Part shown: positions 26,845-38,030 of the stretch, in pieces
How the letters are laid out: every line of letters begins with the position of its first letter
How positions within the stretch are numbered: position 1 is the stretch's first letter
Source of the DNA: Paramecium tetraurelia
Taxonomy: Eukaryota
Assembly (NCBI GenBank): GCA_000165425.1
Contig: CT868196.1
Location: forward strand, 434,001-498,000
Length of the DNA: 64,000 nt
Direction of reading: 5' to 3'
The notes under the pieces: generated by a model
What the model was told of the DNA's origin: nothing
Databases searched by the model: none
Seen by the model: only the letters and a program-made list of their open reading frames with translations
Program-made: the position numbers and the translations under genes

Positions 26845-27183
26845 TGTCTCTTATGATAATTCATTTTACCTGTTTAATTAAAGTAATCCTTTCTATTTAT
26901 CGTTAAAACTTATAAATCGTTGAAATTTAGACCTTGGCATCGTGAATTTCGAGAGTTAAAATTACCAACATATAACAACATTGATTAATTTTTATTATTT
27001 TCCAGTTGTAATGAATAAATCTACATTTTATATTTTAATAAATATCAGATTACGTATATATATTTCCTATCATTTATAAACAATACGAACTAATGTGTAG
27101 ATTGTGATTAATACGCATTATTGCGTTTTTTATTTAATTGGAGAAAATTCATTTATGTTAAATCTATAAAATAAAATTATTTA

Positions 27184-27504
27184 ATGCAAGTTCAATCACC
27201 AAATTTCAAGATGAAACAAATGATTCCTCTTAGTTTACATTAGAAATATCTTATTGAAGATGAACCTAATGACGAAATTTTTGAAAATCAGAACACAAAA
27301 ATTCAGTTTAACGAAAGAATGATTGTTTGTAGTTACAAGCCTTGGCAAAACATTAACTAATTTCAAAAAACTATCCAAAAATTAAAAGTATACAATGATA
27401 TCGATTGGATTAACCCTTCTCTTAGTGAAAGATCTCATAAACCTTCTCGATCAATTTTGAAGAATTCATTTCAATCTAAGCTTGAATTCTCCTCTGAAAG
27501 TTGA
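27184..27504 (+). CDS. Hypothetical protein (106 aa)
   Basis: Intronless 321-nt code-6 ORF MQVQSPNFKMKQMIPLSLH...KIQFNERMIVCSY...RSILKNSF...-TGA. Confidence 0.65.
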
Positions 27505-27844
27505 TTACATTATATATATTTACTTTATATAACTACAATTTAAGTTATATTCAAGGAATACTTGGTATAAAAATTATGATACAATCTCGTAATAAAAACG
27601 AGCTTTCTTGAAGCCAAATCTATTTAAAAACCTTAGTTAAAACAAATAGTTTGGATTAAGGGAAAAAGGAACTGTAAAACCTATTTGAGTACAGAGCGAA
27701 AGAATAATGACATTTCAGTTGAACTTAATAATTAATACCCTATTATTAATTTAAATAAATGCTTGACAATTCTCATATTTTTTAATAAACATTTTTAAAA
27801 ATCGTTAATTTGCATATTAATGAATTTAATATAAAATAGTTTGT

Positions 27845-28725
27845 TCAAAATTCAGGCATATAAAACCCTATCAATAGACTAATGAAGGCTATTACAATTA
27901 ATTGAAACATAGTAAATTTGACTTGATCATCCTTCTCCTCTTCAAATGGAATGTTCTATTTTGCTTTAAAAAGAACTATCTATTTGTTCAATTCTCTTGT
28001 CTCATTTATAAGAGCTTATTGCTGATCCTACAGATTCACTATAGTTTATTCCATTTAAAAGTTTTAAGATATCTGCATAGAATCCTTTTGTTTTCGTTAA
28101 CTAATCATAGATTTCAAAACTGCCGAAGCAGGAGTGCCTTCTCCATTTTACATTTATGAAATATGCGAAGTAAACATGGGGATTCTTCTGTCGCTTGGTA
28201 AAGTAATCTGCGAATCACTATTAGTACTTTGAAGATAATACATAAGAGACTGTTTCAGATTGAATAAAGTCTGATACTTGGAGAATGATTGAGGGAAGGT
28301 CTTTGATCTAATCCTTGAGCAATTTAAATTGATCCATTATTTCATATTAGTCCTTTATTTCCTAAGGCTTATCAATATTCATTGAGACTATCCTGACTTT
28401 AACAGCCTCTAAAATTACAAACAGCACATACTATCAAAAATGGGCTCCTTGGTTATCAATTTGATTGTTTTGCTCTCACCTATCTTTAGTATTCCAACGA
28501 AGGGATACGATTTAATTTGTTCTGCAGCTGTGGACATGACCTTGAATGCCAAACTCCTAAGATGCATGTATTACATAATTACTGATTATTCTCAACAGGA
28601 TTCTTAATCTTAATATGAGAAATCCAAATTTTGTCGTTGTTAGACAAGGTTTTGTGTTTAAAACTTAAGACAGGGTTTTGTGCATGTGGATGCTCCAAGA
28701 TTAAATACGGTTTCTAATCATTCAT
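27845..28725 (-). CDS. VAP/Scs2-like MSP-domain tail-anchored protein
   Basis: MSP motifs SHIKIKNP...SLAFKVMSTAAEQIKSYPFVGILKIGESKTIKL; coiled-coil middle; C-terminal TM FTMFQLIVIAFISLLIGFYMPEF-TGA. Confidence 0.8.
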
Positions 28726-28748
28726 AATATAAAATAATTTATTTAATT

Positions 28749-29642
28749 ATGTCTAACAACATATTTGATACAGACTTCAGTTTATCAAGGAAGTTCAAAA
28801 TTCGAGTGAAAGGAAATGGTTAGGTGTCTCATACAATCAATTCATCAAAAAAGAATCTTAAATAATCCACTTCATTTTCTGTTCCAATACTCCAAGAAAT
28901 AATTGAAGGCGAAAAAAAACCATAAACAAAATTAAATTATTCATTTCAAGGAAAAGAGGAAGTACTTAATAGAAAAATATAAGAGCACTACCTCTACATT
29001 TTATTATAATTTCAGCAAAACCTTAGATTTCGAACTTAATTTTAGTAATTATGGAGACAAATTAAGATTTTACATTCACAAATCATTTAAAATATAGGAT
29101 AATGAATTCTCTTTATGTAAACCTAAATACTAAATAATTCATAGCCTAAAGAATAGATAATCAGAGTCTCCATTTTCAATAAAAACTTTCAAGGAAAATT
29201 GAAAATTAACACTTTGACTTATCTGGTGACATGGAATTCGATTTTGTTAAAAAATCGTTCAAATTTTAGACCTTGCACTTTAATTATAAATTTAATGACA
29301 AGAAAAAATTGATATCATTTCGAAGTTCATTTTTGAAAGGAAGAAATTGCGAATTGGAATATTAAAAATTTATTAATAAGAATTTGAGTGCTGGATTTCA
29401 GATTTCACTCGATTCTCATAAGCATTTTCATAGTCTAATAGGTTTATAAAAATAGATTAGAAACCTATAAATTTGCGGTGTTTATAACGTTAACAAAAAG
29501 AGTCTTGCAGTTAGTTTAATTTAGAAGTATAGCAAAATGTAATAATTTTGGAGACTTTAGGTTAGAATTTCGAATGGCTAGTAGGATACCTTTCAGTAAC
29601 AAGGATTATCCTTTCGGATTTGCAGTGAAATTGAACATTTGA
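28749..29642 (+). CDS. Divergent eukaryotic porin (VDAC/Tom40 superfamily) beta-barrel, 273 aa
   Basis: Three introns (22, 28, 22 nt) give 274 codons. Alternating beta-strand pattern (ELEYQKFINKNLSAGFQISLD, SLIGLQKQI, LAVSLIQKY) and a terminal beta-signal-like YPFGFAVKLNI. Confidence 0.55.
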
Positions 29643-29735
29643 CATATTTGTTGACTTTTATTTAATCAACATAAATATATCAAAAAATATAAATAATCAA
29701 TATATATATTATTATCTATTTTATTTTAAATTGTG

Positions 29736-31652
29736 ATGTCAGATAATCTTTAGGTGAAATAGAGAAGAAGAAATTCACCTTAAGAAGGTGACTAGGACAT
29801 TGCTTAAAGATACGAAAATAAATATAATAAAATTCAAAGGTATGAAATCTTTAATAAGAAGAAATGATTTGTAAGCGTATGTTTAATAGCCTAAAATCAA
29901 ACGTAATAGGGATGATCAAATAGAAGATCCTTAAGAAGATGATGATGAGAATTAATCTGATAAGTTTGGTGGCTTCGTTTTCACAAAAACCAAAAGTATA
30001 ATACACCTATTTTAAATTAGACGAACCCAAAAAGTAGTACATCTATGAGCCTAAAAAACAATAGCCCCCTTAGCAATAAAAGAAAGAATATCAACCAAAA
30101 AAGGATTAACAACCCAAGAAGAAACCTGAAAAGAAAGGGAATAAGTACTAACCATAATTTCAATAATAGTACAAATTTATTGTAATAAAATAGAAAAGAA
30201 ATATCTATTTAATAATTAGGCGAGTTAGAAAAACTACAATAGCATCTGATAAATTGTGGCATTTCTATCACTTAAAATTAAGAGAACTATGATTCTGAAT
30301 TGGTTTTGCCTCCTGATTTTAATAAGCCATTATCTATCCCTAATTAGCCAATGGTAGCACCTCCACCAGGCTTAATAGATAAAGACAAGTCTTCTGATTT
30401 CGTGGATATCTTAAATTAATTGTAAGATAATGACTCTGATGGCTAAATGAATTATGATCAGCATTTTTCATCCTCAGTTCTTACTAGAGGAGCCTTTCCT
30501 ATTTAGAACTAACCATTAAATTAATTTAATAATTAAAAATTACTCCCTAACAATAATCAAAATTTTCCAAATAACTCAAATGATTAGAAAAACAAAGAAA
30601 AAAAGAAGAAAAATAAGAAGAAAAAGCCCAAAAGCAATAAAAATTAACAAGACATGGCCATGATAAACAATTAAAATGACTTTATGAACTAAAATTCTGC
30701 TGAAATCTTTGATCCTTTCAAAGTTGCACCATTTTCATTTCCATAATAATAAATGGGTCGAAACAATTTACCGGATCCTCTCAATATTTCAGGCCCAACC
30801 TTTACAGCCCCATTAGGATTTGCCCCACCTGGGATGATGGGTTTGGGTCCTCAAATTGCACCATTCAATTCAAATCTCTTAGGAGCCCCATAATCTCTTG
30901 GATTTCCTCCTGGTCCTACCTTGGGAATGGAACCTTTAGAACCTACTTTCCCCATGGGACCTAATATTGGATCTATGAGAATGAATCAAATGATGCCTCC
31001 TAAATTCAATCAAATGCCTAATATGCCTAATATGGCTCAAATGCCTAACATGCCACAAATGCCTAACATGCCTAACATGCATTAAATGCCTATGCCCATT
31101 TAAATGGCTCCTCCTCCTTCAATGAAAAAGTAATCTCATAAAAATCATATGATGATGCAACCTCCTCCAAATTAATTTGATGGTCAAGTATATTGTCCTC
31201 CTATGATGCCTCCACCTATGGGAAATCATTTTTCAGACTTTCCTCCAACAATGCCTATGGGATAGTAATTCCCTCCAAATTTAATGAACTCTGGTCCAAT
31301 TTTGGGAATGCCTCCTATGATGCAATATGATGATGATTTTGATTAGAATTGGATGCAAAATGATGGAATGCTTTAAATGCCAACTCCCATTTAAGTGTTT
31401 TCTAATCAAAATTTCCCTAATCTATCATAAGTCTAGCATCCAGATTCATATTTATAAGAACCTGAAAAATTCATTCCTTAAACAAAAAAGATGAATGAAA
31501 TGAAAAATGGAAATGATATCAATTTTGATCAATTCAATTAACCGTTTCAAAATAATGATGGATAACCAAGATAACGAAAGTAATTTTTTATTTATATATA
31601 TTTTAGAAAATTAAATTTGAATTCTAAACCATTTTATCCAGCAAACCCTTGA
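29736..31652 (+). CDS. Low-complexity Pro/Met/Gln/Asn-rich protein with C-terminal PAM2 motif
   Basis: Basic/acidic N-terminus, PPPGL motif, long P/M/G-rich region, ending KKLNLNSKPFYPANP-TGA (PAM2-like LNxNAxxFxP). Confidence 0.7.
31014..31097 (+). repeat. Coding 9-bp tandem repeat (ATGCCTAAY) encoding (M-P-N/Q)n
   Basis: ATG CCT AAT ATG CCT AAT ATG GCT CAA ATG CCT AAC ATG CCA CAA ATG CCT AAC ATG CCT AAC ATG CAT TAA ATG CCT. Confidence 0.85.
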
Positions 31653-31743
31653 CTGTAAGAATCCCCATTGTTTAATAATTATATATAAATTAATATTATT
31701 AAACCCAATCAATTCAGAAATGTTATAAATATAAAATAATATA

Positions 31744-32529
31744 ATGGAGGATCCCAGTTCAATTAGAGAAACTGTAACTTTTATTTTTGAAAATTGACTA
31801 GTCTCATTAGAAGATCTAAGAAACAAAGAGAAAGATCAAAGAGTTCTAACAGTATTTGTCACAATAAATTGTTGAATGTGAAAAGGAATAAGAGAAAAAA
31901 AACTTATAAAAAATACGAAATGAATTAGCAAAGAAACATCATAAAAATAGATTTTCAAGTTTTACTAATTCAATGCATCGTCCCTCATTCATTTATTAGA
32001 TCAAGGAGAATGAATTATTTGATAATAAATCAGTTTTTATTAATAAGGAGATTCCACAATTAACAAATCTCTAAAGGTCATTATTGATCTCTCCTGAGAG
32101 AAACTAGAATCCATCATATAGTATCAAATTTAATTATAGTAGTAAAACATTAATTAGATAGACCAACAAATAAATAAAAAAGTGAATTTCCTGCTGTAAG
32201 GAAGAGATTCTTAAGCTAATAAGAGATTGATCGTATCGAATTTTGGGATAGGAATTTCAGTCAGTTACAAGAAATAGAATAGAAAGAAGTAAATAAATTA
32301 GATAAATTAATAGAAATGTAGTCTGTTAATTGGCAAAATTAAAAAGCAGCTCTTAGAATAAAGGGAAGTGAAGGTATTTAAACCTACTGATCAATGTTTA
32401 AGATATTTTGATAAGAACATCTCCCTAATATCTGAAACTTTAATAACTTGCAGATAATTTAGTAAAGAAATAGGTCTACCAAAAATAAAAGAACCTAAAG
32501 TTTGGATCCCTACTAACAATCATTTTTGA
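31744..32529 (+). CDS. Hypothetical protein, coiled-coil N-terminus
   Basis: MEDPSSIRET, then an intron, then SHQKIQETKRKIKEFQQYLSQQIVECEK...; ends EPKVWIPTNNHF-TGA. Confidence 0.6.
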
Positions 32530-32766
32530 GAAATTAATTTAATAATTTATGTTTGAAAATAGTCTCAAATTTGAATAATTTCATTATTATCTCTCTTTCA
32601 AATATTCTTTAGATTATAAAGGATCTATTTTAATTTATTTGTTATATTAGAATTCTTCTTTACCTAGAATAATAATTTTCAGCACATTATAATTAAACAA
32701 AAATTTCACTTATATCTTTTAATTTAAAAATATTAATTATTCAATAATAATACTTATATTATTTAA

Positions 32767-34600
32767 TCATTTTAAATTTTCATCTACCTATAAATGATTA
32801 TTTCTCAATTCTACTAATTAATCTAATTTTTAATAAAGTTCCAAAAATTAGTTATTTAATTTAGCTTAAGATCTTTTATCATTGCTTTATTCTGGAATAA
32901 AGCATAATTGTTTAAAATTACTGACTGAATTTTTATAAGTGAAATAGAATTTAGTTTATTTGTTATCTAAGGAGCATAATTTGATTGACTTTATTTTAAT
33001 TATTTTCTCTTCTTTTTTTTTACTTTTGAACATATCTACAATATAATTTGTTAAATACTAGAGCAAAGAAGAATGAGAGAATAGGGTATTATTCTAATGA
33101 TTGATATAGATGATTCGAATGTCAAAATAATCAATACCAATTAATACTTGATATTGCTATCTCTACTTTAATTGCATCAATTAAAACTCTTAATAAGAAT
33201 ATAATGAAGATAAATAATTTATTGATTCCATTTTCAGTTGCGAATCTTGTTGATTACACAAGAGATAAATCCATCTTCATAATAATTTGTTTATTTGAAA
33301 TTTGAAAATTTCCTACCTAAATCCATTAGATTTGGTGTTTGATATTCGATTCTATATTTTTTTTCCAAAACTAACCAATGAATCGGCAATTAATTAACAG
33401 GAGTATTCAAGCTTAATGGGCCAATACCTGTATGGATACATGGGTATTTTAATCTTAAAAAGTATTCTTTGTGAGATCTTTGGCTCTTCAGTCCATTATT
33501 GAACGAATCAAATACATTCTCAATTCTTGAATTATTGAGACACTTCATTTATAATTTAGACTGAGTTTAAGCATCTTCTATTAATAATATGATATATTCA
33601 GGAAATAATTCATATGTTTATTTAAGAGTTTAAAGATCTATCCCAAAGGTTAGTTAACAAGTTTAGTTTACAACAATATCTACTTATTTACAACTCAAAA
33701 CAACTGGGTAATCAATAGTGATAGTTTTATCTTCATAATCAGAGTAAGAATGTTCAACCTAGAATGAAATTGCTCTCTTTATAGTTAATATTCTTATCAT
33801 ACTTCATTGCAGCTGGCTCTTCTAACAGCAATAATATCTTCTTCATTTTGAATAACACTTTTTGCTCTTTATATAGGTCTTCTGAAGCGATCTTCATCTA
33901 TTTCGAATTGATCCTCTAAAGTCTCCAATTGATAAGCTAGAGTGTAATTCTTGAATTCAAATAAATTTTAATCAAACTTCCTTTCAAGAGTGTACTCTTT
34001 TAATGCAAGTACAATAAATTCTATTGCAGTCATCTCTTTTTCAATAAATAGGACTTTTGAGAGATTAGTTCTAAAGTACTTAACTTAAATAGTTCGAAGA
34101 TGTGATTTTCCAAATTGGTTGATATTATTGGTAATAATTGATTTTTATTTTCTTATTTTTTCAAAATTATTAACTATTGCTTAATTCGCTCGCTTTAAAA
34201 ATATTTTTGACCCATTTTGTTTTGCAAAAGATCCAAAATCTTTCTTAAAAGCAGTCTGACTTCTTTTCGTCAGTCTTTTTATTTGTTTAACGTTTATCTA
34301 TTTGTTTTCTTAAATTTACTGTTCTGGTTATATGATTATTGGTTGATTAGTATGTATTTGATTTTGTTATGATGAACTGCCTTATGATTCTTAAATGGAA
34401 GCTCTTCTGCAGAATAATTATGTTTTGACTAATTTCTATTTAGTTATGTCTACTTCTTAGTCTGATTCTTCAATATTTATAAACAGTAGAGTTTCATTTT
34501 AAACAAACTAAAACTATTGCAACAATTCATTTTGATATTCGAATGTTGATTGTGCACTTTGACTAAGAATATCTCTACCTTCGAATTGATAATTTTCCAT
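32767..34600 (-). CDS. SIN1/Avo1-like protein (CRIM - RBD-like - PH-like)
   Basis: CRIM-like KEMTAIEFIVLALKEY...LAYQLETLED; ubiquitin/RBD-like PLSLNTPVNQLPIHWLVLEKKYR; PH-like VLIGIDYFDIRI and terminal helix LELYQKLDQLVEL. The 3' end frame is approximate. Confidence 0.5.
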
Positions 34601-35150
34601 AAAATATTCCTTTTAATTATTTAATTAAGAAAATGGATAAATTGTCATAATTAATAAATGTACTCCTTTGTAAATAAATTTTTATCCTTTCAAGACAAAT
34701 TAATAAAATAGTTTCAAGAGATTATAAAAAAGAGAGCTAATTTAAAGAATTAGCTAAATAAAATTGAATCCTATTCATAAGTCTAATTAACTTATCAGAT
34801 AATAGGCACAATACTAAAATTATTTATTCCAAATTATTCCTAAATAAAGAAAGAATTACCTAAACTAAATTACAACCAAAATAATAATTTACAATATAAT
34901 CCATATAAATTTATTGTTACTAGAATAAATAATGTTTTATTTTATTTACAAAATTATAAAATAAATCAATATCTCATACCACTTAAAACCCTAAAAAGAA
35001 CTAAAAAACAATGAATCTAACTTGTGTTCTATTGTCCAATACATAGAATTAAAAATGGGGAATTCTTATATTAAGTTGAATATTAAGGACATTATAATAT
35101 CATAAAAGGAGTTTGATTAGATTGTTAATATATTTTTTATATTTTACATT

Positions 35151-36701
35151 TCATAATGTGATTGTTCTTCCGTCTGTTATAATACCCCAACCAATCAATC
35201 TAAATTTATTGTTTAATCTTCTGCTGAATGCCACTTTCTCTTACAAACCAGTGCATACTGGATTATTGAGAGCCACTCTCATTATTTTCTAATAAAATGA
35301 ATATTAATGATACATCTTCTCTGACTTCAATGACTCTTCCTGGTGTTTCATTTGACAAGACATTGAATTTCAACATTTCATCTTATTAAATCTTGGCGAT
35401 CTTTTGGGTTTTTCCATCCTGTTATTGAGCACCAACGACTGAGACCATCAAATAATAATTGATCTAAATAATATGTTATATACTATCTTACTTCTAATTC
35501 TCTATAGAGTTCAGGTAATTATTTAGGGAATCCCAAAACGCATCCGACTAGATTGTCGTTACGAGTCAAGGATGGATCAATCAATAATCCAACACCAATA
35601 AGTCCTCCTGGGACAGCATAGACTAATTCATTTTATTCAGCATAGAGAGAGACAACTCTGGTAGTAATAGGATGCCAAGTAGTTTGATTTCCATTCTTAG
35701 ATTGTCTTCCTGGTCTGATTTCAACTTCATCTCCAACTGAGAGGATTCCCTAAAGGATTGAACCTCCTACTACACCTCCATGTAAGTTTTCTGGTTTTTC
35801 ACCAGGCTTATTGACATCAAAGGATCTATAATTATAAATATATGTATTACCTAATAATGATCATTTTGGGTGGTACTTGCAATTATCTATCTGGGATGGG
35901 GAAAAAGTTGCAAATTTATTAGAGAACACAATCAATATTGTACTTCAATTGAGCGGACACTGGTATGATGGGTGAATCTTCTGCGATGGTTCCTTTGATA
36001 AATCTCGTAATTTCTTCGTAATTTCTGAGAGCAGCCTTGCTTCATTATTAATGAAATTACCTGTTGATCTCTAAAGATAATATCTACTTTGTTTTGGATG
36101 ACGATGACATATTTCAATTTAGTGATGACCAAGGCAACCAGATGTTCTTGAGTTTGAGGTTGAGGACAAGGCATGTTGGCAGCTACAATGAGTAATGCGC
36201 AATCCATGACAGCAGCACCAGTTAACATTGTTGACATCAGAATATCATGTCCTGGACAATCGACAAAGGATATGTGTCTGACTAAAGTCATCACTTCCTT
36301 GCATAATTCGCATTGAGCATTGTCTTCCTTCTCGCTCGAAAAGGATTAATAGCATTGAGGTTCAGGACATTTTGGACATTTAAAGATTTTCGCATTGGCA
36401 TAGCCCAATCTAATTGTGATGTTTCTGACTCTCTCTTATCTGAAACGCACAGTGCTTTAAAGTATTAGCATGTCAAATACTTAATAGTTGATACAGATCT
36501 CACTAGAGTGGACTTTCCATGAGCCACATGTCCGATTGTACCCACGTTGATTGTAGCCTATCTACTAATTACTTCTTGAGAATTGGGAGTCAAACTTGGT
36601 ATTTGTTCATAACTTTATTTCAACAGATGTGGTTATCGTTTCATCAAATCGTCAACTTCCTTGTCTGTCAAACGTAGAGGTCCTCTTGTAAATGTTTCCA
36701 T
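35151..36701 (-). CDS. EIF2S3: Eukaryotic translation initiation factor 2 subunit gamma
   Basis: [91 protein letters not shown]. Confidence 0.97.
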
Positions 36702-37037
36702 GAATTAATTTTCTTTAATATTAAATAAAAATATTTATGCAAAATAAATAGGCATTCCACTTTCTTAATAGAATCTCAATGGGTATTTCAAAGACCAATT
36801 ATGAAGTCTTATAAAGGATTTGATGGCAATATTAAAATTTGTTTGTGTTTGGATATCTGAGTTTCATAGTTTGATTGATAGTTTTATTAGGATCAAGAAT
36901 TGGATTAGAAGTGGTTGATAAATTGTCAACTAATTTCTACCTTAATTTTACGACTGAATATCTAAGTTAGGTATGAACTCCGTATTAATTATTAAAGTGC
37001 AAATAGAAATTATTTTTAATTTAATTTTTGAAGTAAA

Positions 37038-37746
37038 ATGTTTTCGTAAGCTTTCAGAAGAGGTCAACAACCTTTACAATAGTAACAACAACCCATGAAT
37101 ATTTCGTTCCACAAGTACAGAACTTCAGTTATTTAGTTAATTGCAAGCCCAACAAACAAAATCCTTTTCATAAACCCAATATGAAAAGGAGAACATTAGC
37201 TAATTCCTTGGTTCAACTAAGAGACAGAATCTGAATGAATCTTTCTATTAGGAACAACAAGTACCTCAAATATCGGAAGTGTATAGAATTTTAGAGCAAC
37301 TGCAACAAATGATGGTAGTCAAGTTCAATGACTTCTAAAATGTCATAAATGATCAAGAAAAAGCAATACGACCTTTGATTGAGTAAAACACTCAACTCAA
37401 TAACCAATTAACCAATGTTCTTCAACAAAGTGAGAAGGTGCTGTCACAACTCACAATTAATTTGGAGAAGAGTGATTAGATTAATAAAAGGAATTAAAAA
37501 AAGAAGAGCAGTGAGTGTTCAGAGGGTGATCTCGGGGCAGTCCAATAGTTGCTCAAGACTTTGGATGACCGACTGAACAATTTGTCAAATGAAGTAGAGT
37601 TGATAGCAGAAACCAACAATAGATTCCAGGTGCATGTTATGGAGATCGTCAATATAGATAAATTGGAGCATCGTGAAAACATGCAGAGAGTCTTACAAGA
37701 GATGGATAAGGCAAAAAGATCCATATCTAAGAAAATAAGGCGTTGA
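37038..37746 (+). CDS. Gln-rich coiled-coil hypothetical protein (228 aa)
   Basis: ATG at 37038; one 22-nt intron (gtacagaacttcagttatttag) gives 229 codons, ending KRSISKKIRR-TGA. Confidence 0.65.
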
Positions 37747-38030
37747 GTTTTTGATATTATATATATATATATTCACCATTATTAAGGAGATTTTAATTGA
37801 AGTAGTACTGTAATATCTTTTCTTGCAATTTAAGGAGTGCAAATTTAAATGAAGAACTAGGTAGTACGAAGGTAATGTAGTACATAATTTAATTAACCAC
37901 AAAGCGGGGGAATTGAAATTTACTAATTGAATATTTATAACTGACGATTATCTATAGAGATGATGAGATTGAATTTTAGAATTAGATGATTCGGTAAGTA
38001 GTAAGTTGTTTGTGAATTAATATATATTAA

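Noticed and set aside
17399..34600. TOR-pathway cluster (SLC38A9-like, AGC kinase, SIN1-like)
   Set aside because: The genes are not adjacent, AGC kinases are very numerous in ciliates and the SIN1 call is tentative. Coincidence is sufficient.
37955..37970. ATGATGA resembling a snoRNA C box upstream of VPS13
   Set aside because: No matching D box (CTGA) or terminal stem at a suitable distance before the VPS13 start.
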